Below are positions 8,001 to 18,556 of a DNA stretch of 27,534 bases, piece by piece; within the stretch, counting starts at the first letter, position 1, and every line of letters begins with the position of its first letter. Below the pieces are notes generated by a model. The model was not told the origin of the DNA. It did not search any database and worked only from the letters and a program-made list of their open reading frames with translations. The position numbers and the translations under genes were made by a program. The stretch comes from Campylobacterota bacterium. GTDB lineage: Bacteria; Campylobacterota; Campylobacteria; Campylobacterales; Sulfurimonadaceae. Location of the stretch: NCBI GenBank assembly GCA_034661055.1, contig JAYEKO010000003.1, forward strand, positions 1 to 27,534, given 5' to 3'.

Positions 8001-9266
8001 CTAAAGTGCCTGATATGCAATATCAGTTCGAATTTTTTTACCAGAAAAATGCACTTGACCACATAGAAGATAGGCACGGTCACGCGCCTCTTTAATTGAA
8101 TTGCCAAGACCTACACAGACTAGCACACGTCCACCAGTTGCATAGAGCTTGCCCTCGTCTTCACTCACACCAGCATATGATATATGAGCATTTGCAGCTA
8201 AATCTTCATGAACAATCTCATCTACAATAATCTCTGCTGGTTCTGAACTTTTATAAGGATAGTCACGACTTGCCATGACAACACCCACACCATACTGCTT
8301 AAAAAATTCTACATGTAAATCATGAAGCTGCTTTGTAGCTGCTTTGTAGAAGAGTTCAGAAACAGAACTTTTCATCAGTGGCATAATAATTTCACACTCA
8401 GGATCTCCAAAACGAACATTAAACTCTAAAGTGATTGGCTCACCATTGACAATCATTAGACCAATAAAAAGAACCCCCTCAAAAGGAGCTCCCTCTGCTT
8501 GCATTCCGTCTAAAGTGGGGCGAATAACACGATCTTTAACTTTTTGATAGATTTCATCATTAACTAGCGGTGTTGGTGCATACGCTCCCATTCCGCCAGT
8601 ATTTGGGCCTTCGTCATTATTTAAAAGACGTTTATGATCTTGTGCTGCTGGAAGTAAAATATAGTCTTGACCATCACAAATAGCGAACATTGAGAGTTCA
8701 TACCCATCTAAGAACTCTTCAATAATAACTTTTTTACCGGCATCACCAAATGACTTGCCACTCAACATCTCAGAAGCCGCTTTTTTAGCCTCGTCATGAC
8801 TCATAGCAATAATGACTCCCTTACCAGCACATAACCCATCTGCTTTAACAACAACAGGAGTCGGCAGTGTCTCAATAAATTTAAAAGCTGTTTCAATGTG
8901 GTCAGTCTCTATATAACGTGCGGTAGGAATTTCATATTTTGCTAAAAAGTTTTTCATATAGACTTTAGAGCCCTCAAGTTGAGCCGCCTCTTTGCTTGGA
9001 CCAAAAATAGTCAAACCACGAGTTTTAAAAATATCTACTACACCATCAACTAACGGTGCTTCTGGGCCAACAATAGTCAGATCAACACCATTTGCCTCTG
9101 CAAAGTCAGCTAACTCATTATAATCTTTAATGGCAATATTTTCACCCAAAGCAGATGTTGCTCCATTTCCTGGGACAAAGTAGAGTTTATCGACACGTTC
9201 TTCTTGACTTAACATACGTCCAATTGAGTATTCGCGTCCACCGCTTCCCATAACCATTATATTCAT
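8001..9266 (-). CDS. purD: Phosphoribosylamine--glycine ligase
   Basis: [48 protein letters not shown]. Start moved to ATG 9266 (GGAG SD) from the track's 9317. Confidence 0.97.
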   Translation of the reverse strand: MNIMVMGSGGREYSIGRMLSQEERVDKLYFVPGNGATSALGENIAIKDYNELADFAEANGVDLTIVGPEAPLVDGVVDIFKTRGLTIFGPSKEAAQLEGSKVYMKNFLAKYEIPTARYIETDHIETAFKFIETLPTPVVVKADGLCAGKGVIIAMSHDEAKKAASEMLSGKSFGDAGKKVIIEEFLDGYELSMFAICDGQDYILLPAAQDHKRLLNNDEGPNTGGMGAYAPTPLVNDEIYQKVKDRVIRPTLDGMQAEGAPFEGVLFIGLMIVNGEPITLEFNVRFGDPECEIIMPLMKSSVSELFYKAATKQLHDLHVEFFKQYGVGVVMASRDYPYKSSEPAEIIVDEIVHEDLAANAHISYAGVSEDEGKLYATGGRVLVCVGLGNSIKEARDRAYLLCGQVHFSGKKIRTDIAYQAL

Positions 9267-9346
9267 AATTTTCTCCGTGATTGTTTCTTGATTGAAGTGA
9301 TAACAATAAGTATTCATACAAAATGAAAATCTTGTATCAACACTTA

Positions 9347-9539
9347 GTTAGCCCGAGTGGGCGTCTCGCTGTTGGCGATGGTTCTCAAAGCCGAAAATAG
9401 CGAAGCGAGCACCTCATTAGGCGGCAATCTCTCAACCGAAGTCTCAAGCAAGATCGTCGACACACAAAAGTGACTACGTAATCCACTGAATGAATATGTA
9501 GAACCCCCTGTATTGCGAGTAATCGCACCACTCAGACTA
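9347..9539 (-). ncRNA. ssrS: 6S RNA (the epsilonproteobacterial 'purD motif' RNA)
   Basis: About 190-nt GC-richer intergenic segment whose ends pair (TAGTCTGAGTGGTGCG...CTCGC with GCGAGACGCCCACTCGGGCTA). Extended -10 just upstream. 6S RNA is known to lie upstream of purD in Helicobacter/Campylobacter. Ends approximate. Confidence 0.85.
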
Positions 9540-9544
9540 GTAAA

Positions 9545-9553
9545 ATTATAACA
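9545..9553 (-). promoter_or_regulatory. Extended -10 box (TGTTATAAT) of 6S RNA
   Basis: Perfect TGnTATAAT about 6 nt before the start of the paired stem. Confidence 0.75.
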
Positions 9554-9574
9554 AACCTTTACTTAAAAAAGTTC

Positions 9575-10213
9575 TTAAAGCTGAAGTGATTTTGCCAAAT
9601 CGACACAGCCTTGAACTGATGTCTCCTTTGGCATTAAACTATCTATCTCTTTTGGTAAGGCAGTGGCAGTAGTTTTACCAATAGCAATAACCTTTTGAGT
9701 AATTTTAAATTCATGCTGTTTTAAAAAGCATTCAATGGTTAATGGTGACGTAAAAATTAAAATAGCATCATCTTCTAGCTTCAAAGAGGCCACTTCAGAA
9801 TTACATGTAGTTTTATAGACAACAGCACCATCCATTGATACTCCTGCACCTTGTACTTTTTGTGCAAAATCAGAGGCAACAACTACTGGACGTGGATAGA
9901 GCCAGCGTTTATCAGGATAACCGTTAATGATAATCTCAGCAAGAGAGTCACCATAGCCAGTACCGTGTTCTAAAACAGTAGCACCAGCCTCACGAGCTTG
10001 GTTAGCTGTAAAGTTTGCAATAGTTAATACAGGCAGTTTAATCCACTCATGATTAATATTTTCTAAGGCAATCACTGCTTGTTTTGAAGTTAAAACAATG
10101 GCATCATAATTGTCATAGTTAATCTCAGGTTTTAAAAACTCTGTTAGTAAAACAGGAACATGATTTACTTCAGAGTTCTCTGTTTTTGAAAAAAGATAAA
10201 TATTACGTGACAA
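9575..10213 (-). CDS. hemD: Uroporphyrinogen-III synthase
   Basis: YDAIVLTSKQAV, VVYKT, ILIFTSP, VIAIGKTTA. Likely TTG start at 10213, just after the guaA stop, rather than 10279. Confidence 0.85.
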   Translation of the reverse strand: MSRNIYLFSKTENSEVNHVPVLLTEFLKPEINYDNYDAIVLTSKQAVIALENINHEWIKLPVLTIANFTANQAREAGATVLEHGTGYGDSLAEIIINGYPDKRWLYPRPVVVASDFAQKVQGAGVSMDGAVVYKTTCNSEVASLKLEDDAILIFTSPLTIECFLKQHEFKITQKVIAIGKTTATALPKEIDSLMPKETSVQGCVDLAKSLQL

Positions 10214-10214
10214 T

Positions 10215-11765
10215 TTATTCCCACTCAATTGTTGCTGGTGGCTTGGAACTGATATCATAAACAACACGGTTAATTCCATCTACTTCATTAATGATACGAC
10301 GACTAATACGTTCAAGTAAATTATGTGGAAGATGTGCAAAGGTTGCGGTCATTCCATCAACTGCCTCTACAACACGAACACATACTGTATTGTCATACGT
10401 TCTGTTATCGCCCATAACACCAACAGACTTTACATTTAACAGTACTGCAAATGCCTGCCATGTCTTTGTGTAATAACCGCTTGCTTTAAGTTCATCTAGT
10501 AAAATAACATCAGCATCACGAAGCAGTGTCAAGTCAGGTCGGTTAACATCACCCATAATACGAATTGCAAGCCCTGGTCCAGGGAATGGATGACGATTAA
10601 TCATGCTCTCTGGCAATCCTAACTCAAGACCCATTTTACGAACCTCATCTTTAAAAAGTTCACGAAGAGGCTCAATCAATTCAAAATCCATCCAATCAGG
10701 AAGCCCACCGACATTATGATGAGACTTAATAATTTCTGATGGTCCATTGACAGAAATTGATTCAATAACATCTGGATAGAGTGTACCCTGAGCTAAAAAT
10801 TTAATACCATCATGTTTTTTAGCCTCTTTTTCAAACTCTTCAATAAACGTATGACCAATAATTTTACGCTTCTCTTCAGGATCACTGATGCCCTCCAGTT
10901 TTCCTAAAAAGTTATCAACTGCATCAACCGTTACCAGAGGCACTTTCAGATTGATTTTAAAGACCTCTTCAACCTGTTCTCTTTCACCTTTTCGTAATAG
11001 TCCATTATCTACAAAGACTGGAATGAGTTGCTCACCGATTGCTTCATAAAGTATTGCTGCCGTAACAGAGGAGTCAACACCGCCACTAAGGCCACAGAGA
11101 ACTTTTCCATCACCTACTTGCTCACGAATTTTTAAGATCTGCTCTTTTACAAAGTGCTCCATTTTCCATTTTTCAGTCACACCACAGATGTTACGTGCAA
11201 AGTTACGCAACATCAAGTAGCCCTCTTCTGAGTGCTGTACTTCAGGATGATACTGCATTGCATAAACACGCTTCTCTTCGTTGGCAATCGCTGCAAATGG
11301 TGAGTTATCTGAATGCGCAATTGGCCTAAAGCCTTCTGGAAGTTCATCGACACGGTCACTATGACTCATCCAGACAATACGATTGTCATCACAGTCAGCA
11401 AATAGTGGTGAACTTTCACCATGATCTTGATTGATTATGAGTTCTGCTTTACCATATTCATGGTGACTACTACGAACTACTGAACCACCAAAGTCAACAG
11501 CAATACGCTGCATCCCATAACAAATCCCTAAAATTGGAAGTCCCATTTGGTAAACACCTTGGTCAACTTCATACGCATCTTTATTGTAAACCGATGATGG
11601 CCCACCACTAAGAATAATTCCCTGAGGATTTTTTGCTTTAATGGCTTCAAGACTTGAATGATATGGAAGAATCTCACAATAGACGCGCTCTTCGCGTAAT
11701 CTACGTGCAATTAACTGTGTATATTGTGAACCAAAATCAAGGACGATAATACTGACATCTTTCAT
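10215..11765 (-). CDS. guaA: GMP synthase (glutamine-hydrolysing)
   Basis: [48 protein letters not shown]. Confidence 0.98.
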   Translation of the reverse strand: MKDVSIIVLDFGSQYTQLIARRLREERVYCEILPYHSSLEAIKAKNPQGIILSGGPSSVYNKDAYEVDQGVYQMGLPILGICYGMQRIAVDFGGSVVRSSHHEYGKAELIINQDHGESSPLFADCDDNRIVWMSHSDRVDELPEGFRPIAHSDNSPFAAIANEEKRVYAMQYHPEVQHSEEGYLMLRNFARNICGVTEKWKMEHFVKEQILKIREQVGDGKVLCGLSGGVDSSVTAAILYEAIGEQLIPVFVDNGLLRKGEREQVEEVFKINLKVPLVTVDAVDNFLGKLEGISDPEEKRKIIGHTFIEEFEKEAKKHDGIKFLAQGTLYPDVIESISVNGPSEIIKSHHNVGGLPDWMDFELIEPLRELFKDEVRKMGLELGLPESMINRHPFPGPGLAIRIMGDVNRPDLTLLRDADVILLDELKASGYYTKTWQAFAVLLNVKSVGVMGDNRTYDNTVCVRVVEAVDGMTATFAHLPHNLLERISRRIINEVDGINRVVYDISSKPPATIEWE

Positions 11766-11810
11766 TTTGCTATTCCTTTTAAATAAGAGGTAAAATAATA
11801 TTGAGGGGTA

Positions 11811-11851
11811 AGAAAAAAGACTAGTACCCTTTCGATAGTGAAAGGGTACTA
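11811..11851 (-). terminator. Rho-independent terminator after nhaD
   Basis: 12-bp stem TAGTACCCTTTC/GAAAGGGTACTA (11822-11851) followed by a T-rich tract on the minus strand. Confidence 0.85.
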
Positions 11852-11860
11852 AAAAGTAGA

Positions 11861-13249
11861 TTAATGTTTGATATAAATACCTAAAACTTCATACTGTAAG
11901 AACCAAACTGCTACAGAGACGAAATACCCGACAATAATTGTCCAAAAAAACTTCATATGAGCACCAAAAGTATAGATACCTGGTAATTTACCCATAACTC
12001 CAACACCAGCAGCGGAACCAAAACTAATCATAGAACCACCAACACCAGCTGTGAGTGTTACTAACATCCACTGATCAAGTCCCATATCTGGAGAAGCTTT
12101 CAATACCGCTGACATAACCGGAATATTATCTACAATTGCAGAGAGGAAACCGACACCAATATTTGACCATGTTGGCCCAAGAACTGATGGATCGTAAACT
12201 ACAGCAGCAAGAGCTAGCCAACCAATAAAGTACAATGCACCAACAGCAGCCAAGATACCAAAGAAAAATAGTAGCGTATTGTTCTCAATTTTTGCTATTG
12301 ACTCAAATACTCTAAACCCTTCCCCATGCTTTCTCTTAAGCCTATAGTCATACATTTTAAGTAAAGCTAAACCAAACATCATACCCCACATAGCAGGAAG
12401 ATGTAAAACCTGGTGAGACATTACAGCAGAAAATATTGTAAATATACCCAGTCCCATAACAACCTTAGCACCTGCTGCCATCTCAGGATTAACCTCTTTT
12501 GACATATCTACATCAGGAACTGTATCAGGTACAAATCTTGAAAGTAAAAATGCAGTTACTAAATAACCAACAATTGCCGATGGAAATAAAAATAGGAAAT
12601 CAACAAATGTTCCCTTACCCGCTGTCCAAGCCATTAGTGTTGTAATGTCACCAAATGGAGACCAAGCACCACCAGCATTTGCTGCAACAACAATGTTTAT
12701 TGCACCTGGTACTAAAAATGCCTTATTTTTTTGCTCTATCGTGATAAGAACAGTCGATAAAATAAGTGCTGTTGTTAAGTTATCCGCAATAGGTGAAAGG
12801 AAAAATGCTATAAAACCTGTAATCCAAAATAGTTTTTTGTAAGTATAACCCTTTGAGACAAGGTTGTACTTTAGCTTTTCAAATACTCTCATATGTATCA
12901 GTGTTTCAATATATGTCATTGCAGCAAACAAGAAGAAGAAAATACCTGCAATCTCAAGTACTAGATGATTTGCTTCTTCATGAACCATATCCATATTTAA
13001 ACCATTTAGCGCATAATATACTGCAACTAGCATCATCATAAAAGTACCTATTAACAGAGCAGGCTTTGCCTTATCAATATGATAGTGTTCCTCCATAGCA
13101 ATAAAAAAGTACCCAATTACAAAAATAACAAGTGCTGAAAAACCAACCCAAGTCATAGTGATATCTGGATGAACCATGGCTTCACCGCCACCGCCACTTG
13201 CCATTGCCATTGAACCTGTTAAACCAAGCGTCAATAAAAGTTTTATCAT
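11861..13249 (-). CDS. nhaD: Na+/H+ antiporter NhaD
   Basis: [52 protein letters not shown]; many TM segments. Confidence 0.92.
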   Translation of the reverse strand: MIKLLLTLGLTGSMAMASGGGGEAMVHPDITMTWVGFSALVIFVIGYFFIAMEEHYHIDKAKPALLIGTFMMMLVAVYYALNGLNMDMVHEEANHLVLEIAGIFFFLFAAMTYIETLIHMRVFEKLKYNLVSKGYTYKKLFWITGFIAFFLSPIADNLTTALILSTVLITIEQKNKAFLVPGAINIVVAANAGGAWSPFGDITTLMAWTAGKGTFVDFLFLFPSAIVGYLVTAFLLSRFVPDTVPDVDMSKEVNPEMAAGAKVVMGLGIFTIFSAVMSHQVLHLPAMWGMMFGLALLKMYDYRLKRKHGEGFRVFESIAKIENNTLLFFFGILAAVGALYFIGWLALAAVVYDPSVLGPTWSNIGVGFLSAIVDNIPVMSAVLKASPDMGLDQWMLVTLTAGVGGSMISFGSAAGVGVMGKLPGIYTFGAHMKFFWTIIVGYFVSVAVWFLQYEVLGIYIKH

Positions 13250-14698
13250 CTATTCTCCTTCATTTGAAATGGTGTGAACACCAATCGATTTACTTCGACG
13301 TAGAGCTGATGCAATCATCTCTCCTGCCGTAAGTAGTCGCAGTTTTAAAAGCCGTCCCACTTTCTCAGAGAGCATCACGTCTATCTCTCTCTTTGCTTCA
13401 CGCAACCCAGCTTTAGATCGCGCAATTGAAACATTGTCCCACATTATACTACGTAATTTGCCTTTTTTTACTTTATCTTCGGCTTCTCTTAATACATAGC
13501 TCTTCATAGCTGGCAATTCAGTACAAAACTTCTCCGTACTTTGAAGAATTTTTTGACTCGCACGCTTAGAAAACACTAAACCCTCAAGCAGTGAATTACT
13601 CGCTAGTCTGTTAGCTCCATGGACTCCTGTTGATGCCGCCTCACCAATAGCATAGAGTCCCTCTACTTCTTCTACTTCACCATCTAAAGAGGTCTTGATT
13701 CCACCAATAGCATAATGAAATGCCGGTGAAATAGGAACACGTTCGTATGGAACTTTAAATCCTAGCAGATTAAGTGCACTAAAAATATTTGGAAAACGTT
13801 TTCTAAAATAAGGTTCATCAAAAGTATCAAAACTTAAATACGCTTGCTTACCAGTACGCTGTGTGTAGTCATAAATAGAGTGACTGACAATATCACGTGC
13901 TGCCAACTCTGCTTTATCATCATACTCAAATAGAAACCTTCTTCCGTCATCATCAACAATATGAGCACCTTCGCCACGCAGTGCTTCAGTAAGCAACTGC
14001 TTTTGTGCTGAGTCATTACCGACATAGACTGTAGGATGAAACTGCATCATTTCCATATATTCAAGTGCAATACCTTTTTCAACACAGATACCGTGTAAAT
14101 CACCACTAATGCTTCGAGCATTAGTATGATATTCATAGAGTGAACCTACTCCTCCACTTGCAATAACAACATGAGACGCTTCAATGCTCTTAATCTTACC
14201 CTCATGTTCTACAACAACACCGCAACATTTTTCATTCTCTATTAAAATATCAATGACTGTTGCATTGCTTAACATTGGATGAGGATTCTGTTTAAGCAGA
14301 AAATAGTGAAGATACCGTCCTGTTGCATCACCCCCTGCATGTAAGATTCTATCTCTAGAGTGCGCTGCCTCTTTAGTGTAAAGCAATGAGCCGTCATCAG
14401 CTTTATCAAACTCAAAACCGTGACTTATAAGGTCATCAATAACCTCCAAACTACCTCTACTCATGACTTCAACTGCATCTCTGTTACACATGCCGGCACC
14501 AGCGTACATTGTGTCTTTTACATGTAAATCGATATCATCTTCATCATATGCAGTTGTAACACCACCTTGCGCATAATAGGTATTGCACTCCCAAGGATAG
14601 GCTTTGTTAATAACTAAGACATGCTTATCTCTAGGAAGATTAATCGCGGCATAAAGCCCCGCTACACCTGCCCCAATAATGACTACATCATACTTCAA
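13250..14698 (-). CDS. nadB: L-aspartate oxidase
   Basis: GAGVAG FAD motif, YAQGG, EAAHS..RILHAGGDATG, QFHPT, EALRGEG, GVHGANRLASNSLLE. Confidence 0.95.
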   Translation of the reverse strand: MKYDVVIIGAGVAGLYAAINLPRDKHVLVINKAYPWECNTYYAQGGVTTAYDEDDIDLHVKDTMYAGAGMCNRDAVEVMSRGSLEVIDDLISHGFEFDKADDGSLLYTKEAAHSRDRILHAGGDATGRYLHYFLLKQNPHPMLSNATVIDILIENEKCCGVVVEHEGKIKSIEASHVVIASGGVGSLYEYHTNARSISGDLHGICVEKGIALEYMEMMQFHPTVYVGNDSAQKQLLTEALRGEGAHIVDDDGRRFLFEYDDKAELAARDIVSHSIYDYTQRTGKQAYLSFDTFDEPYFRKRFPNIFSALNLLGFKVPYERVPISPAFHYAIGGIKTSLDGEVEEVEGLYAIGEAASTGVHGANRLASNSLLEGLVFSKRASQKILQSTEKFCTELPAMKSYVLREAEDKVKKGKLRSIMWDNVSIARSKAGLREAKREIDVMLSEKVGRLLKLRLLTAGEMIASALRRSKSIGVHTISNEGE

Positions 14699-14817
14699 AG
14701 TTGCTCTTTTTTATCATAAAATGGATCCGCTTTAAAACCACACCCACTAAAACTTAATAGTGCTAATGATATAATCAAAGCGTAGAAAATCTGAAAATAT
14801 ATTTTATTAGTATTCAA
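14695..14817 (-). CDS. Small 40-aa lipoprotein, LptM/YifL-like (not in the ORF track)
   Basis: TTG start with purine-rich GAGAG upstream. Translates MNTNKIYFQIFYALIISLALLSFSGCGFKADPFYDKKEQL with lipobox FSGC. Its TGA overlaps the nadB TTG start (TTGA). Confidence 0.75.
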   Translation of the reverse strand: MNTNKIYFQIFYALIISLALLSFSGCGFKADPFYDKKEQL

Positions 14818-14905
14818 GTCTCTCTCTTAATATATGGTAAATTTTTAATTTTTAATGGTATAACAGAGTTTATAAAAGAATCTTTAAATAACAAGGTAAA
14901 CAGCG

Positions 14906-16705
14906 TTGTTGCAACAAATTCAATCACTTCCACACAGAGCTGGAGTCTATCAGTACTTTGACAAGAGTAATCGCCTACTCTATATTGGTAAAGCAAAAAA
15001 CTTAAATAAGAGGGTAAAAAGTTATTTTCGTTTTACACCCAAGCTACACACCAACCCTACACTAAATCCACGCATAATTAAAATGATATCTGAAGCGGTA
15101 ACACTTAACTATATTATTGTAGAAAATGAACATGATGCTCTTATTTTAGAGAACTCTCTCATTAAGCAACTCAAACCAAAATATAATATTTTACTACGTG
15201 ATGATAAGACCTATCCCTATATTTATATTGATAAGAGTGAAGAGTTTCCCCGTTTTGAAATTACACGTCGTGTAATTAAGGGAAAAAATATTAACTATTT
15301 CGGCCCCTACTCTATTGCGGCGCGTGAAATTTTAGACTCAATCTATGAGCTCTGCACTCTCGTTCAAAAAAAAGGATGTCTAAAAGGAAAAAAAGCGTGT
15401 CTATATCACCAACTTAAAAAATGCGAGGCACCTTGTGAGGAAAAAATAACATCACAAGATTACTCCATAATTGTGAATAAGGCTATTAACTACATTGAGA
15501 ATAAAAAACTGTTAGTAGATGATTTACATGTAAAAATGCTCACGCTCGCCGAACAGCTCCGTTTTGAAGAGGCTACACAGCTACGTGACACCATTGAGCG
15601 TATTAAAAAAAGTACTATTCATTCGCAGATTGATCTTGCAACCAAGGAGCATTATGATATTTTTTGTGTTGTAAATAGTGAGAGCAGAGCAGTGATTTTA
15701 AAGCTCTTTATGCGTCATGGAAAGGTTGTATCTACTGCACACAATATCATCACCATTAAAAATGACTTTTTTGACAGGGATGAAGCCTACGAACGTGCAA
15801 TATTAGAATTTTACGGCAGTGGAAAACCTCCTGTTATTGCCCCTATTTTAGTTGCTGACCCTTTTAGCAATAGCCCTTTAGTAGAGAAGCACTTAAGTAC
15901 GCTTTTTGAAAAAAAAGCTTCAATTAACGCTCCTATTCGTGGTCCTAAAAAATCTCTCGTATCTTTAGCAAGAACGAATGCACAAGAACTTCTAAAACAC
16001 AAGGTGACATCAGATGATTATGAGCTCTTAAAAGCACTACAAGAGCTATGTGAACTGCAGAACCTGCCAGAGCGCATTGAAGTCTTTGATAACTCTCATA
16101 TGGCGGCACAAGCAACGGTTGGAGCTATGATTGTTTACAATAATGGCAATTTTGAAAAATCATCCTATCGTAAATATCACCTAGATGCTAAAGATGAATA
16201 TGCGCAGATGAGAGAGACATTAAATCGCAGGATTGAGAGTTTTGTTAAAAATTCACCACCTGATTTGTGGCTTATTGATGGTGGACAGACACTCTTAAAG
16301 CTAGCAAGAGAACTTCTAGACTCTGCTGGAGTAAATCTTGATGTCATCGCTATTTCAAAAGAGAAAATAGACGCTAAATCATACCGTGCCAAAGGAAAAG
16401 CTCACGATATTTTACATGTAATTAATAAACCAATCAAGCTTCTCCCAACAGATAAAAGGCTTCTGTGGATGCAGCGACTTCGAGATGAGGCACATCGAAG
16501 TGCTATATCCTTTCACAAGCAGACGAAACTTAAAGCTGATAATGAACTAAAAATGCTTAATGCCAAGGGAATCTCTATACCAAAAATAAAAAAACTTCTT
16601 CAGCACTTTGGAACCTTCAAAGCGATTAAAAGTGCTGACTTTGATGATATTGCATCCATCTTAAATGAAAAAGATGCCAATAACATTAAAAAAATATATA
16701 TGTAA
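14906..16705 (+). CDS. uvrC: Excinuclease ABC subunit C
   Basis: GIY-YIG (GVYQY...LYIGKAKNL), Cys cluster, UVR domain, RIEVFDNSH, PDLWLIDGG, RDEAHR, C-terminal HhH. Confidence 0.97.
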   Translation: MLQQIQSLPHRAGVYQYFDKSNRLLYIGKAKNLNKRVKSYFRFTPKLHTNPTLNPRIIKMISEAVTLNYIIVENEHDALILENSLIKQLKPKYNILLRDDKTYPYIYIDKSEEFPRFEITRRVIKGKNINYFGPYSIAAREILDSIYELCTLVQKKGCLKGKKACLYHQLKKCEAPCEEKITSQDYSIIVNKAINYIENKKLLVDDLHVKMLTLAEQLRFEEATQLRDTIERIKKSTIHSQIDLATKEHYDIFCVVNSESRAVILKLFMRHGKVVSTAHNIITIKNDFFDRDEAYERAILEFYGSGKPPVIAPILVADPFSNSPLVEKHLSTLFEKKASINAPIRGPKKSLVSLARTNAQELLKHKVTSDDYELLKALQELCELQNLPERIEVFDNSHMAAQATVGAMIVYNNGNFEKSSYRKYHLDAKDEYAQMRETLNRRIESFVKNSPPDLWLIDGGQTLLKLARELLDSAGVNLDVIAISKEKIDAKSYRAKGKAHDILHVINKPIKLLPTDKRLLWMQRLRDEAHRSAISFHKQTKLKADNELKMLNAKGISIPKIKKLLQHFGTFKAIKSADFDDIASILNEKDANNIKKIYM

Positions 16706-16778
16706 GTTTCCTTTGCTCTATTTTATGATATATTATTTAACCATAATTTGAGACTCAATATTCAATAAAGGAAATGGC

Positions 16779-18542
16779 TTGTTACTATACAATAACAACA
16801 AAGAATTTATCGGTATTAATAATGATGATTTGAGAAGATTAGACCTTGACTCTTTTAGCGATCTGCTAAAAGAGTGTTCTGATTTTGCAGATCTTTTCAT
16901 TAAAAAGCCTGGATATGTTCATAATTTTAAAAATTTCAAATGGATTGACTTTGTTATGCACTCTGAAGAGGAGTCAAAAGTACTTATCTCTCTTGCTGGA
17001 AAGACATATACTGCAAACCTTAAAATCTCTATTATTCACCTAATAGAATCGCCTGCGGAAAACAGCTATTATGTTGAACTTGTTAAACTGCATAGACTTA
17101 ATAGCAGCGGTGAGAGTATTGATCCAACTGAATTTGAGACCTCTCATCATATTCCTACAGCACTTCCAAGCTTTGATGATGTAGAACCAACAACCCTTGT
17201 TGAACCAGATCCGCTAGATGTTCCTAATGAACCTATGATATTTGATACACCTGAGACACCAGATCTCTCTATTTACAATCCAGAGTCATCATTTTTAAAC
17301 GACACTCCTTCTAAAGAGCCCAAAGAGATAGTAGGGCAAGAAGAAGAGATTAGCATACCAATGCATGATGAGCCTACTATTAAAGAAGTAGTGCCACCAA
17401 CTCCAGTTGAAGAGACCACTAAAGCTAAAGAGGCTCCAATGCTTGGTGACCATATAAGCCCTAAAGAACAAGCCTATATTGATCACCTAGAAACTTCAGT
17501 AAACTACCAGTATAATCCACAAGTTGCAGCAGATGAACTTGGACTTCCAGTTGATTTAATTGAAGAATTTATTGGAGATTTTATTCTTCAATCATATGAG
17601 TTCCATGATGAACTGTTCCAATCAGTAAATGAGCATAACTTTGATAACTTAAAAAATCTTTCACATAAACTTAAAGGTGTTGCTGCGAACTTACGCATAG
17701 AGGACTCTTTTGAAGTACTTAATGTTGTCAATACTACTCATGACATCGATGAAGCAGAGGCTTACCTCAAATACTTTTACAATACAATAGCAAAACTCGA
17801 AGGTAAAGATGTAATCTATAATGAAATAGATAATACAGAGACCTCTTCATCAGCAACTCTTAATACTGATGATAATTTCTATGAGTCTGATGCTGAAACA
17901 GAAAAAAGCACAGAAAGTTTAGAAGAACCAGAACCATCTTTAGAAGCTGACGAGAATGAACTGTATGCTTTAGACCCTATTGAAAAAGATACGCACACCG
18001 ATAACACTACAGAAACTATCGATGATGACGAGCTTTACGCGTTAGATGTAAAAGAAGATGTAGTTGAGATTGAAAAATCATTTGAAGCCGAAGAAGAGCT
18101 TGTTGCAGCTGAAGAGCAAGCAGTTGATTTTAATGAGCCGATTGAACTTGAAGAAGAACCATTTAACCCAATTGAGCTAACATTAGATGAAGACGCTACA
18201 GATAAGGAAGTGCTAGAACCTACAACCTCTATAGATGTCAAGGATATCCATTACGACAGTAAAGCATCGGCTTACATTCTAGGTATAGACGATGCATTTA
18301 TGCAAGAGCTAAAGGATGATTTCATTAATCACGCTCTTGAGCAAAAAGATGCTCTTCAAGACGCTTTGCAAAATGCAGATACAGCTAAGTACAAACAGAT
18401 TGCGCTTGAACTTAAAGGTATTAGTGACAACCTTCGCATTAATGACATCTCTGTAACTTTAGAAGAACTTATTAAGAGTAGTACTTCAAAAGAAGCAAGT
18501 CAGCATGTTAACCAATTTTTCCACTATCTCGTACAGTTATAA
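16779..18542 (+). CDS. Hpt-domain phosphotransfer protein with acidic linkers and a second degenerate Hpt domain
   Basis: LSHKLKGVAANLRI Hpt motif (His296) and a C-terminal copy IALELKGISDNLRI. Confidence 0.8.
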   Translation: MLLYNNNKEFIGINNDDLRRLDLDSFSDLLKECSDFADLFIKKPGYVHNFKNFKWIDFVMHSEEESKVLISLAGKTYTANLKISIIHLIESPAENSYYVELVKLHRLNSSGESIDPTEFETSHHIPTALPSFDDVEPTTLVEPDPLDVPNEPMIFDTPETPDLSIYNPESSFLNDTPSKEPKEIVGQEEEISIPMHDEPTIKEVVPPTPVEETTKAKEAPMLGDHISPKEQAYIDHLETSVNYQYNPQVAADELGLPVDLIEEFIGDFILQSYEFHDELFQSVNEHNFDNLKNLSHKLKGVAANLRIEDSFEVLNVVNTTHDIDEAEAYLKYFYNTIAKLEGKDVIYNEIDNTETSSSATLNTDDNFYESDAETEKSTESLEEPEPSLEADENELYALDPIEKDTHTDNTTETIDDDELYALDVKEDVVEIEKSFEAEEELVAAEEQAVDFNEPIELEEEPFNPIELTLDEDATDKEVLEPTTSIDVKDIHYDSKASAYILGIDDAFMQELKDDFINHALEQKDALQDALQNADTAKYKQIALELKGISDNLRINDISVTLEELIKSSTSKEASQHVNQFFHYLVQL

Positions 18543-18556
18543 AGAAAGGAGAGACT

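Noticed and set aside
9267..9317. Longer purD start at 9317
   Set aside because: Homology begins at [12 protein letters not shown], and ATG 9266 has a GGAG SD
9347..9539. Novel purine riboswitch upstream of purD
   Set aside because: End-to-end pairing, its own promoter and the known position fit 6S RNA
10214..10279. hemD N-terminal extension overlapping guaA
   Set aside because: It overlaps the conserved guaA C-terminus; TTG 10213 just after the guaA stop is more plausible
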